NCBI GenBank assembly: GCA_964035545.1
Contig: OZ037766.1
Coordinates: 9,166,722-9,230,721, forward strand
Origin: Bugula neritina
Lineage: Eukaryota > Animalia > Bryozoa
Reading direction: 5' to 3'
Length of the DNA stretch: 64,000 nucleotides
The notes under the pieces were generated by a model. It made no database searches. It saw only the letters and a list, made by a program, of their open reading frames with translations, and was not told the DNA's origin. Every line of letters begins with the position of its first letter. Within the stretch, counting starts at the first letter, position 1. Of the stretch, positions 12,201 through 25,800 are shown piece after piece. A program made the position numbers and the translations under genes.

Positions 12201-13644
12201 CTCTAAAGTTTATTGTTATACTTATTTATTCAACTCATATTACTTAATCAGTTAATGCTATAGCTATATAATAACACCCACTGAATTTAAAATCTCCCAT
12301 TTCAATGAGTCATATTTCAAAATTCAATGATTACACCACGCTATATGAAACCTACCTCCTTTCACTAGCATCTACCTCTAGTTCTACCAGATGTCAAACA
12401 GCATGGTTATGTTCACACTCTCCCAGCAATGTCGAAAAGTGGTGAGGAGACAACTCCGTATTTTTTAACTTGGGTACTTGATGCAGTTGTTGTCAGATAT
12501 TTATAACCACTGAAATAGTGGGGATAACTTCATAATTGGTACGTATCAAGCAGTATATTATAATAATAATATTTTCAACAAAGAGAAAACGGTTTCGGTT
12601 TGGATGTCAAGGTCATAAAACTAAACGCACACCACTACTCCATCAACTGCATTCATTTTCAAGACAGTAACTCTAATGGCACACATAACAACAACATGAA
12701 CATAAGCATGGATTTTCTGATAAGTGATAATTATGCTCACTTTTGAGTCAGATGTCAAAACCAAATCGAATGTGAAATGATACATTTACAATTTACAATC
12801 GTACTTAGTCTTACTCTTAAGTCGTAATTTATAATATCAATTAATCTTTTAGTTTTAGTTTTAGTTTTACTTTTAAGTTTTAGGGTTATTAAATTTGAAT
12901 TAACCCGATATGAATCTCATAACATTAACTGTAAGTTTATATGGTTTTATGATTTTTAGTTATAGTATAATATTAAACACTAATATTTAATATAAATGAT
13001 ATTAATTATTTAATTATTGTTATACCTAATCTAATACTTATACTAATACTTATAGTAATTTAGTTTTATATTTATCAGTTGATGTTGAGGTTATTGGTTC
13101 TCTTGCTATTACATTTACATGCACAACTCTGCTATGCCTATGGTTGGTGGGTTTTTAGATCTCTCAAGCAGTTGTCTCTGCAGCCTGGAACTTAACCTAA
13201 AGGCTAAAGCTGAACTGTTTGCTTTTCTGTAAGATTAAGAGCGTCAACTCCGTGATAAAAAATAGCTTTAGTGTTTTATACCAATTTTTTTATAAATGCC
13301 ACTAAGTTGAGGAACAAAAGCCCAACTTTTACAGCACCTGAATAGATGGCACCGGTCACCACATGTAGCCATTATGTGACAGAAAATGCTATACAATTGG
13401 GTTATGAAAATTTGTCTAGGCCTATATATGTTTAGCTATTTCTGTATGCGCAGTGCACATAATTTAGTGTTGGTTTCCACCCTGTTTAAATGTCAAATTG
13501 CGTATGAATAATAATTATAGTGAGTCAAGGTATAAAAAAGGTAGAAATTTAACAAATTCAACTTTCATGGTAAGCCTTACAAATAAAATACAGAAACACC
13601 TAGCTAAAATCCTGCAGTGGTGCTAGTGATGAGTTTACCCAGTG

Positions 13645-13716
13645 GTCCCCGTGGTGTAATGGTTAGCACACTTGCTTGCAAGCCAGAGGTCTCGGGTTCA
13701 AATCTCAGTGGGGGCA
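13645..13716 (+). mobile_element. tRNA-derived SINE head / pseudo-tRNA
   Basis: A box TGGTGTAATGG, B box GGTTCAAATC, acceptor-like GTCCCCG/TGGGGGC. Anticodon and T stems do not pair properly. Confidence 0.65.
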
Positions 13717-13792
13717 ATTATTTTTCAAGAAAGAATTGCTGAATTCCACCAAATGATGTTAGATTTATTTGTGAACTCACCAAATAATATTA

Positions 13793-14217
13793 TGTTGTAA
13801 CCTTCGGGGTTTGCTCAGAAGTTGATGTATTGATACGAATTGCTTGGCTAGGCTGCAAGGTAACTCTAGCTCTTGTCAATTTGTAGGGGAGTCAGAACTC
13901 CAGGTTAGGGTGTTCATCTAATGATGCTTCACAGTCTAGGATCTTTAGTTGAGAACATACTCGCACACTCTCGCACATTTTTACAAGTTTTTCTATATAC
14001 ACCCAGGTTCTGTGTACTCAGAACTTTATTCTATCTCTTTCACTATATTCTCTATATTGTTCTCTCTCTATTGTCGTCTTCTCTGACACAGAAAATCTCT
14101 TTTGCACTTATTGTATTGATGTGAACTATATTAAATAGGCCTAAATAAAGTTGTGCTCTCTATGTATGTAGTAGCAAGAGAAGATAACCATAACCAAGTT
14201 TAAATTCGGATATAACA
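13793..14217 (+). mobile_element. Possible solo LTR
   Basis: TGTTGTA...TATAACA termini, CT-rich stretch and AATAAA near 14145. Flanks ATTA/AGTA only partly match. Confidence 0.35.
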
Positions 14218-15274
14218 AGTACAAAGCTGCCAAGTGTTTGAGATTTTTTATTATAAGGTAGCGAATTTACACTTTTCAGTTAACTAATCAGGAATTATTT
14301 TCAGATTTTTTCAGGGTACCTTCTACTAAAGCTTTTCGAATTTAAAGTAAATGAAGAATAACAAATTTTATGTCTAAAGAGGTGCAACTATGTTTGAAAT
14401 TGTTCTAGTGCAAAAGGAAATGCCTTTCTTTATTACCTACTTTTTTGTAGAGATGTGCTCAAAGGTATGCAATTGTATGGAAAATGGTAGATTTTTTAAC
14501 TTGGATGTGTCTAAATAAACCAACAGTCTTTTAATTATTACACTTTCAAAGAAAGTAACCCAATGCATAATAAACAATTCTTATAATTTTTATCCTTGTA
14601 GAATTCCATATTCAATTTATGGATTTAAAGCTATGGACTGGCTTTTAGGATGAATAAAAAGTATTCATGGCAGTATGACTTTATACACAATAGAAATGGG
14701 GTTTTACTGTTCCTGAATTTCAGCAATTCAAAGGTAATAGACCCAGCTGTTAATAGTAACCTGTAAAGTAACAAGATACCACCAAAACCTGGTACTACAG
14801 ACAACACGCACATATTATGTATTCATCTACACACATGCACGTACCTAGGTGTGTGTGTGTAGCAACACTTTCAAGCACATAAAACAAATCTCGGAGAACT
14901 TTTTTTTAGTATTTTTATGTATTCTGAGAGTTTTGTTTTGCTTTTTTCCCCTCGGAAGTCTTTCTGCAGAACAGTTATCTTTTTCCTGTTTAGCTTGCTG
15001 TTTCCTGTGTTGTTAAGCAAATGGAAAATATTTTGTAAATGAGTGTCTGTTGTACCTTGAAAAATAGTGTAAATGCTCTTTAATTTTCGATCTGGAAAGG
15101 GTTTACTCAGATTTAGTGCTAATTTCAGTTGAATTACTAGTTCTATTATAAAATATGTATATTTGCATATATACGCTACGTGCAAGTTATCTATAGTTGT
15201 GGAAGTGATGTATGCATTGCTAGTTTTCTCTCTTGCATATTGCACATTGCTGCATATCTAGAATTATCTCGTGT

Positions 15275-15461
15275 TAGTGCTGCGCCAATTCAACATATTT
15301 ATAATAATTTGCAACTTTTTATCATAAACTTGCAACTAATTTTTTAATTTATCTAACAAGTAAGTGACATCAATTTTATTTATTATAAAATATTACACAC
15401 CACACTAATAATTTATTCTATAAGGGGTGGAGAAGTTTTAACAACAATTGGCGCAGCACTA
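15275..15461. mobile_element. MITE with 16-bp perfect TIR (hAT-like)
   Basis: TAGTGCTGCGCCAATT (15275-15290) and AATTGGCGCAGCACTA (15446-15461). Flanks TCTCGTGT/TCTCCTCT match 6/8. Confidence 0.75.
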
Positions 15462-16397
15462 TCTCCTCTTGAATGAATGAGCATTGCAAGGAGTCCTGCA
15501 TGTCATTCATACATTAGTACTAATAATTTAGTGTAGACTGTGTGTATGCACTGTGTTTGCATAAGTATGCATATAAGTTATTCTGCTATTCCAACACTAT
15601 CTTGCATTTCCTTACTGGTTATAATTGCTGCTATTATATAATAATTCATTTCACTTGCATTTCATTCACGTATAAATTTTGTACTTTTTTGAGTGGTATG
15701 CTTTCAGAATTCTGTTCTCATATAATTTTCTCAGTGCCATTACTTCGCTGTGATATTTCTTGTATATATTATATTTGTCTACTTGAAATGCTTTTGTGAT
15801 GAAGCAGAACAAAGTAGGACCCTATATATGCAACAGATGTCCTGCATGGTCTTAGCTAATGTTTACTCACTCTTTTGGAATGTCAGATTCACTGTCCAGA
15901 AGCAATTTCAAAAACTTTCATTTGTATAATTTCTCTAGAAAATTTAATATGTTAGTAATTTTAATATGATGTAAATCGGAGATTCCGTTGAAGATTTGTA
16001 ATATTTGCAGAAATGTCATTGGCAATATGGCAGCTATAAGGCATAGGGATGAAATTACACTATTGATGTTACTAATACACTTTGTTTATTTCTCCATCTT
16101 TTCTGTTACTTTTAGCTATGACTGCATGCTATACATTTAAATTTGAATTAATTTCCAACTAGCATTATTATAAAGAGTGTATTCTTTACATTTGTCTGAA
16201 AAGCAAAGGCATGAAAACAAAATGGCATCATAAACTTAGTAGAGTTGACTGGTAGTATACTAGTGAGTCCATTAGCTTGAGTTATATATTACTGATATGT
16301 TGCATTTACTCAATAATTACTCTTTGCAGAAATTTAAATGGGTGATCACTGCATGAAACTTCCACCCACTCCTAATGCTGCACGATAACCTGATATC

Positions 16398-16566
16398 CCT
16401 TATTTGGTATTATGTGTGGAAATGATGAGGATAAAGTGCCTGCTCTATGCTCATTATCATTGGCTAAGTGTCTATCTCACAGCCAATCACCATCAATATT
16501 AGCAGGTATATGCATATAAAAGCACTAACTACTCAACTGACCACACACTCGATCAACAGCATCTTA
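16398..16566 (+). promoter_or_regulatory. Myosin heavy chain core promoter and non-coding exon 1
   Basis: CArG box CCTTATTTGG (16398-16407), ATTGG and CCAAT boxes (about 16459-16487), TATAAAA (16515-16521), donor GTAAGT at 16567, acceptor before 16751. Confidence 0.7.
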
Positions 16567-16827
16567 GTAAGTAGTTTGCACCATAGTCATCTTTTGTAAC
16601 TTGATGCTTTTGGAGTTGTTCACCTTTCTAGTTGTGGCACTTGACTTTACTAATTGCTAAGGCATAGCAGGTTTCAAACCTTTTAATTAAGAAATAAGCG
16701 TTTGGAATTTTTGGAGTTGTGGGTTTTATTTCTTCCATGATTCCTTGTAGGTACGGGCACTAAAGGGCTGTCTTCGTGTGTTTCAAGTAACTCTTCTTCG
16801 TTCAAGCACATCAACACCTGATTTGTC

Positions 16828-19800
16828 ATGGCGTATGATCCAAACTATGCACCGTGGAAGGAGTACCTTGCTATTGACCGCAAGGCTCTGATCAAGGAGC
16901 AAGGCACGACTCCATTCGATGGCAAGAAGGCCTGCTTCGTACCTGACGAGAAGGACGGGTTCGTTGTGGCTGATATTGTCTCGTCTAAAGGAGATGAAAT
17001 CACTGTTCAAATTCAGGGAGCTGGGGTTAGTAAGCAAGTCTAGTTTATTACTAAATGTAGTTGTAGTTTATGTTATGTAATGTATTTTATGTTGTACATC
17101 CTATTGCATTCTCTCATTGAAATATACACTAAATTACCCTGTTATTTCTTCTAGATATTAGAAACACCAACTTTGCTGCTAAAGTTTACTTTCATGTAAA
17201 ATAATTATTATAGTTCAGGTTGTGAATTTTTAAATTTTATGGTTTTTTCATAATTTGATTAAGTGGAGGCCATTACAAATTTTTTAGTTTAACTTGAATT
17301 TAAATATATATGTTTATTTATATTTGTATGATAGCTGCCAGTGTATATTATTCTTTTTGATGTATGGGTATTCCTATTGCATATATTACAGTGTATTTAT
17401 AAAGTGTTTTATGTACTACATAACTACATGTTATATAACAGCAAAAGACCGTGAACAAGGATGTGGTTCACCAGAGAAACCCTCCTAAGTTTGAGAAATG
17501 TGAGGACATGTCCAACTTGACCTATTTGTCTGAGGCTGCCATCTTGCACAACCTCAGGTCCAGATACACCAGCAACAGGATTTATGTGAGTACAAAACTT
17601 CATTATTACTGTTACAGTGTACTATACTGTAATAAATCATTTTATAGGATATAGTATAATGTTTAGCTCTTTGTGTTCCATTAAACTTTGTTATGTATCA
17701 AAGTATGTTAAAAATAGTGTAATACTACAGAGTAATATACTAACTAGTTATATAATTATTACTGTTATTATATTGCAAACTAGATTATAACTTATATTAT
17801 TAGTTGGAATTACATAAAAATTTTGTTGCTATTTATTATTTGTGCCATTATTTGAACCTCATGATTCTCAAAAAAATTTCTAAACTTTGTTCTGATGCAA
17901 TTTCTATCTCTATCTGTCTGCTAGGTAGACCTAGTTATAAAATATATGCAACTGTGCTAAAGCCTCTTTTATGTGGCTAATAATCAGTATGCTGATGTGC
18001 ATATAATGACAGCAATGCTGTTCTAATAAGTGCAGTGGAAATGATGTTAAATACTTATTTGAGGGTTTTCTTCAAACTATATAGTTTTCTACTCAATTAC
18101 TGTATTACAAGCTTGTATGACTTCCTTTCTAATTAGCTTCATAATTAGTAAAATACACTCTCTGTCTAAATTAATACCCAATAATATACTTGCAAGACAA
18201 TGAGCTTGAAGTTGCATGATTTATTAATTGTTCTGTAGGTTTATTAACAGCAGATTAAATCAGACTAAGCTTGTACCTGCAAGCTATAAGCATATGCTAA
18301 CATCTTGTGCTCAGTTTAAAGTCCTGCAGTTGCATTGTCAGCATGCTGTTAATATACTGCAAAATAAACTAACTAGGGAAGCTTGCAGGCAGTCTGTTGC
18401 AGGGATCTTTTACTTAGCCTAGTCATTGTATTTGATTACCCTCCTGTGTCTATATTAATTCTACTTGCTTAATAGCAGTAAGTTAGTAGCTTGTGTTTGC
18501 AATCAGCTTTTTGTATAACTATCGGCACTACATTTCCATATTTGGAAGTTGCATTATATGTGACCCGAGTAATATAATATTTTGTAAATGTTTTGTGTTT
18601 AAGTAGAAGATTAAGTTTACTGGATTATCTATATATAACAATTAGATAATATAAGTAGAGATATAGGTGAAACCTAATAATTGTATGCATAACATTCTAT
18701 CAATATGATATAATACACTCATTGCTTAAATATTGACTGTGGGGCACTCACATGTAGGAGGCTTTGTTTTTAATTGTGGGAATAATTTCATTTCTATTTC
18801 AAATGATTATTTAGAGATAAATAATTTTAAAAATAATTTTTAAATGTCCTTTGCCATCAAAAGAAGTCTCTCAATGTTAATCATAGAAGTGTAGATGTGA
18901 GAGCATGCAGGCACTTGTTCCTATATTATTATGTTAACCCTGGCAGGTGATGAGGAAGTGTATGTATATCAACTGTATTTGTTATACCCGACCTGTCTCT
19001 TGTAGACTTACTCTGGGCTCTTCTGTGTGGCTATCAACCCATACAGGAGGTTCCCCATCTACACCCAGGAAGTTATTGACTCCTACAAGGGCAAGAGAAG
19101 GAATGAAACTCCACCTCACATCTTCTCAGTGGCTGACAATGCCTACAGTGACATGTTGATTGACCGTGAAAACCAGTCAATTCTTATTACGTATGTATTA
19201 TTCCGCTCGGTCACCATCACTGTCCTCTTGTAGCTCATGAGAGTGGATTTGTGGTTGCAGTTGGCATTAACTTATGGTTGTGGTCTCATTTGATACAACT
19301 GTTCCCAAACATGAGTGAAAAACCCATTCAAATAATGGAAAACAATGGGACTGTTGTGTATATGGTATATTTGATTACAAGTGCTATTGTGGGGAAATTA
19401 ATATTTTTTGGTTTTCATAATATTGTGCTGCTTGTTGTAAGGTCATTAGCTTTATTTATTAAATAAGTCTTCCCTATTTTTCACACTTTTAAAGACTGTG
19501 TTTTGGGTTATTTGCTTCTTACAGTAATACTATTGTGCTGTGTTTAAGATTTCCCTTGTTATTGGAACTTGGAAGTAAACAGTAAAAATATTTTTTCCTT
19601 TCAACAGTGGAGAGTCTGGAGCTGGAAAGACTGAGAACACTAAGAAAGTAATTTCTTACTTCGCAAACGTAGCTGCTGCTTCCAAGAAGGGAGACGAGGA
19701 GGAGAAGACCTCTCTGGAGGACCAGATTGTGCAAGCCAACCCCGTTCTTGAAGCTTACGGCAATGCCAAGACTACTCGTAACAACAACTCCTCAAGATTC

Positions 19801-22800
19801 GTAAGTTTTCCTGAGTTTATAGTCTTTAGAACCAATTTCTAACCCTTCCCGAGTTTTCTTTCATCTGTTTTCATTTCCCTTATCTTGGTCTCATAAACTA
19901 CAATCTGAAGTCAAATATGTTACATTCAGAAACATAAGTGACCACTATTTTTTATACCATTTAATAAAATTTTAAATAGACATTTTGAATATATGTTTTG
20001 CATAAAACAAATACATCTTTGGCTAATGAGTTTCTTATTGGGAATAAAATATGATAAATAATTGTGATTTCAAAGTTTATGTTGTCATGCTTCCCTTACC
20101 ATACCCTTGCTTGCAAACCTTGTAAAATATCACCTTCCATGATGTGTTAGTGTTGATTAAGTACATACAATATGCAAGTTGTCATCTCTTGTATAGCTTA
20201 GAGAGGACAATTCAACATGACTCTTGTTATAAATACAATCTTATAAGTATAATATTAATATAGCATATGGCTTTTGGAAAGAGAATTATTAAATATTGAT
20301 CAATAATATATTTAGAATATATGTGCAGTATATAATTGATATTTCTATGTTAATTTAAACATGTGTGTCTTCCCTCTAAGAAATTTTATGTTGCATGACG
20401 GTGTTTCCACATGTAGATGTTTATTTTTCTTCTATTACCCGTGTGATTTATTTACAATGCAGACTGTGGTGATTGCAATAACATACGGCTTACCCTATAC
20501 TCTCCCTGATGTTATACCCTGCCAGCTACATGGTTAGTTTATTCCTAGTGAGTAGTGTGACCATTGTACCAACTGTCTCAAGTATTATAGTTTCTTCAGT
20601 ATCAATTTTTTACACATTTATTTCTTTTAAAAACTGTGAAGTATCGATTTTGCAAAGATATAATATTTTAATATTAGACCTTATACAGCATTTTAAGGTA
20701 GATTTTGGTAAGGCCAGCTTTTATTAAAGTTTTGCATATAGTTCAAGTTTTTATACAAAATGCTTTAACATTACGGTATATAGTATTTTCATGTGCAAGA
20801 ACTGTTTTATTTATTCATGGTGTGAATTTTCCATGTTTAGGGAAAGTTCATCAGAATCCACTTTGGTACTACTGGTAAGATCGCTGGAGCTGACATTGAA
20901 TTCTATTTACTGGAGAAATCAAGAGTCACCAGTCAGATGAAAGCCGAGCGTAATTACCACATTTTCTACCAGCTGCTTTCACCAGCCCTTCCTGGGCTAC
21001 ACGAGAAGCTGCTGGTGGCGCCTGATCCTGGCCTTTACTCCATGATCAACCAGGGTGTGCTCACTGTTGACGGTATTGATGACGTTGAGGAAATGAAAAT
21101 GTGCGATGAGGCTTTTGCTGTTCTTGGATTCACGGCTGAAGAGAAATTGTCTCTCTTTAAAGCAACGGCTTCTATCCTCCATTTTGGTGAAATGAAGTTC
21201 AAACAAAGGCCAAGGGAGGAGCAGGCTGAAGCTGATGGTACAGCTGAAGCTGAAAAGGTTAATAATATAAATTCTTGCTAGTTGTGGTGATTCCATTTTA
21301 GCTCCTGTGAAAATTAAAGTCTTGCTATGCTAGTTTTGCTCAAAGAATATGCTTGTCACGTTTTGTCCAAATATTTTGTCAGGTTGCTTTCCTTCTCGGT
21401 GTCAATGCCAAGGATCTGTTGCAAAACATCCTGAAGCCCAGAGTAAAGGTTGGAACAGAGTTTGTAACTAAGGGACAAACAATGGCACAGTGTGACTACT
21501 GTATCCAAGCCACCGTCAAATCTCTCTACCATCGTATGTTTGCCTGGCTGGTTGAACGTGTGAACAAGACTCTTGATACCAAAGTCAAAAGGCAGTTCTT
21601 TATTGGTGTGCTGGATATTGCTGGTTTCGAGATCTTTGAGGTAGATCAAAATTTTAATTACAAAACTTTTTAATTTGCAAAAAATTACCTTGAACCTATT
21701 GTAGTCAAATTTTTAATTGAACAAAGTAGTGTAGTCATTGTTTCTTTCAACTCTAAATTATAAATTGTTATGCATGTTTGTAATCTTTTGTTTTTTCTTT
21801 ATTTTTTAGTACAATGGATTTGAGCAGATTTGCATCAACTTCACCAATGAACGTCTCCAGCAGTTCTTTAACCACCACATGTTTGTCCTGGAACAGGAAG
21901 AGTACAAAAAGGAAGGAATTCACTGGGAGTTCATCAATTTCGGCATGGATCTTCAAGAATGTATTGACTTTATTGAGAAGGTGAGAAATTCTCGGCTGTA
22001 ATACATAAAATCTTGTTATATAGATATACATGTTATTTTAATTTGTGTAGTTTTGTTAACATAGTGTTTCACTACATTTTTACACTTGGACTGTAAATAT
22101 ATGCAATTTTAATGTTTTTTAGCCTATGGGTCTGTTTTCCACTCTGGAAGAAGAGTGTATTGTGCCAAAAGCAAATGACAACACTTTCAAAGAGAAACTT
22201 TATCAGCAGCATCTTGGCAAGACTCCGTGCTTCACCAAGCCCAAGCCTGTCAAGGGGCGCGAGGCTCATTTTGAGTTGAGGCATTACGCTGGTACGGTGC
22301 ACTACTCCATAACTGGCTGGCTTGAAAAGAACAAGGATCCAATCAACGAGTGTATTGTCACTTTACTCTCTGAATCTAAAGAGGCTCTCATTGCCTTCCT
22401 CTTCAAGAAACCTGAAGAAGTTAAAGGTGGTGGTGGAAAGAAGAAGAAAGGTGGTGCTTTCCAGACCATTTCCTCAGCTCACAGAGAGTCTTTGGGAAAG
22501 CTCATGATCAATCTGAATAGTACATCTCCTCATTTCATCAGATGTATTATTCCTAATGAAACCAAGTCACCTGGAGTAATTGATGCTGAGCTTGTACTCA
22601 ACCAGCTCCAGTGTAATGGTGTGCTTGAGGGCATTCGTATTTGCCGAAAAGGATTCCCCAACAGGATCGTCTACTCTGAGTTCAAACAGAGATACACAAT
22701 TCTTGCTCCCAATGCTGTCCCCGCTGGCTTTGCTGATGGCAAAGTTGTAGCTGAGAAAGTTCTGGGATCTTTGGCTCTTGATGCTAATGAATATCGTCTG

Positions 22801-25800
22801 GGAATCACCAAAGTTTTCTTCAAAGCCGGAGTTCTTGGAGGTCTTGAAGATCTGAGAGACGAAGCTTTGACCAAGATTATTTCTAGATTCCAGGCCTTCA
22901 TTAGAGGTTATTTGATGAGGAAGAACTACAAGAAACTGCAAGATCAACGAGTTGCTCTTTCCGTCATCCAGAGAAACATCAGAAAATGGCTACTTCTGAG
23001 AAATTGGCAATGGTGGAAACTGTATCTCCGTGTCAAGCCTCTACTCAACGTTGCCCGTGCTGAAGATGAGATGAAGAAGAAGGAAGAGGAATGGGCAAAG
23101 ACAAAGGAGGAGTTGGAGAAGATTACCAAGCGGTACAAGGAGCTGGAAGAGCAGAACTTTGACCTGACCAGAGCCAAGAATGACCTGACCTTGGAGTTGG
23201 CTACTTACGAAGAGGGTGCAGCCGATTCTGATGAGAAGATGGCCGGCCTCATTACTCAGAAGGCAGATCTGGAGGCTCAGCTGAAGGAAATGGAGGATCG
23301 GCTGATGGACGAAGAAGATGCCGTTTCTGATCTGGAAGGAGCCAAGAAGAAGCTGATTGGTGATTGCGAAGAACTGCGCAAAGATGTTGAAGATCTTGAG
23401 CAGGCTTTGTCCAAGGCAGAGACTGAGAAGCAGAGCAAGGATCACCAGATTTCCACTCTGCAGGGCGAGATGGCACAGCTGGACCAGCAGATTGCTAAAC
23501 TGCAGAAGGAAAAGAAGAATAGCGAGGAGAATAGCAAGAAACTCACCGAAGATTTGCAGGCAGAAGAGGACAAAGTCAACCATCTTAACAAGATCAAACA
23601 AAAACTTGAGGCCAATCTTGATGAGGTGAGTTATATGATTATTTAGAGATCATCGATTTTGATTACTTTGATCATCAAGTGTCAATCAGTTTGTGATGTA
23701 TTCAGCTAATTTTGATTAATAACTTATAAAATCGGTAAAAATAACTCATCAACTTTTTGTAGCTGGAAGATTCTCTTGAGAGAGAAAAGAAGGTGCGTGG
23801 AGATGTGGAGAAGGCAAAGAGGAAGGTTGAAGGAGATCTGAAGATGACTCAAGAAACAGTTGAAGATCTTGAGCGAGTGAAACGTGAAATGGAGGAGTTG
23901 GTTCGTAAGAAGGAAGGCGAGATCAATGGACTGAACGGGCGTCTAGAAGATGATGCTGGTCTGATTGCTAAACTGCAGAAAACTATCAAGGAACTTCAGG
24001 TATTGCAATTCATGTGTATTCTTTAGTATAATGTACTTACATTGGTGCATGATAGAAACTTCACAATAACTTATTTGATTTAAAAAATTGTTTTGCTATA
24101 CATTTGATCAAAGCAACAAAATTTTCATTATTTTATATATTATATTACTCTATACTCTATATTACTCTGCCCACTACTTTGTTTAAAAAATCAATTTTAA
24201 TCATGTAAATATTTACTCTATTTTTTGTGCACTGAATTAATCATCTATTCCGCATGTAGTGTGCTAGTGCTAGTGTGCTAGTGCTAGTGTGCTAGTGCCT
24301 ACCAAATTTATCAGTGATACTAATTACTCTTTAATTTATGGTTTAATACGATTTTGGCTGTTAGTATGTTATCACAGCTTGCTAATTACGCCATATGGTG
24401 TGTTAAAAAATGTTAACTTTTACACTCAGTTAAAAATCAATTATTTTATCTTTTCGTATAAGAGTATCCCTAACTATATCATGTACTGTGAGCTGTAAAA
24501 TAATCAGTGCATTAGGCTGCAGCTCGCAATGTAGAATGGCTTCATCTGACAGACGCGGCTCACACATAGAACTTTATTCGGATATTGAATCAGAGTTTTC
24601 CGACAGTCAAAGCATGATAAATAACGGGGATAGTTCGCGCAAGTCTTCAGATTCCGCTTGGGGGTTAGATACTGGGGATGCTGGTCTTACCGATGCGTTT
24701 TATGAAGTGCCTCTTCCTCACACACCAGCACCAGAAGTCTTCATGCCAGTTTCAAGTACAAAGCTGCCTCCCGTTGGCAGATACATATCACAAGTTTATA
24801 TTAGTAACAATATTTCACACAGAAGCAAACGTCACATCCGTGATAGCCGAGAGTTGGAAACGATACCTCAAGTTAATCGCAATTTGCTTGAAGTAAATTT
24901 TACTGAAATACCACATTTTTTACTATATGTTCAGGTGCTCAAATTGGCTGACCATATAAAGTGGTCAGCTGTATTTACTTTTTGACATTTATAGAAAATC
25001 AAATGGAGTATTACGTGTTTTACAGGCTCGCATTGAAGAGCTCGAAGAGGAGCTTGAAGCAGAGCGTGCTGCTAGATCTAAGGTTGAGAAACAACGCAAT
25101 GAGTTGCAGCACGAGCTTGAGGATCTCTCAGACCGTCTGGATGAGGCTGGTGGCGCAACCGCTGCTCAGGTAACTTGCTACATTCTGTAGAATTAAGGCT
25201 ACATTGTATATTGTATAACCTGTGTAGTTGAATTGTAAGTTTTTTAAGCTACACTCTTTTATAATTTTGCAGTTGATAGTCCTTTGGTTTATTAAATTTC
25301 AAATTAAATATAAAGTTATAGTTTTATATTTTTATGGTACTTTTATCTCATGGTTCATTAATATGATATGCAGGTTGAGTTGAACAAGAAGAGAGAGTTG
25401 GAGTTGCAGAAACTAAGGCGGGATCTCGATGAGCAAGCTATGCAGAGCGAGGCTACCTCAGCATCTCTCCGCAAGAAGCAACAAGATGCCGTTAATGAGC
25501 TCTCCGATCAAATGGATCAGCTTACAAAGACTAAACAGAAGTAAGTGTTGTTGGATTATTTAGTTTAAACTAACCTCTTTTTAATAGACAAAGTCCTAAA
25601 TTTTGCACTAGCATTGTTTAGAAGTATGTACGTAGTTTTAGGTTTGAATATAATCATTATTATCAACTTTATTCATGTAAACTTTATGAAAAAATTCTTT
25701 AATTCACTTATGCAATTTTTAAAGGTCCAAGATAGTTTTTTAAATTAAGATGATTCAACAGCTTATTTGTATACTCTGATGGTCTAGTAGTGATAATGAT

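Noticed and set aside
13645-13716. Functional tRNA-Ala(TGC)
   Set aside because: Anticodon and T-arm stems do not pair; better explained as a SINE head or pseudogene.
14871-15245. 124-aa minus ORF and other short AT-rich ORFs in introns
   Set aside because: Compositionally random, with no motifs or compatible splice sites.
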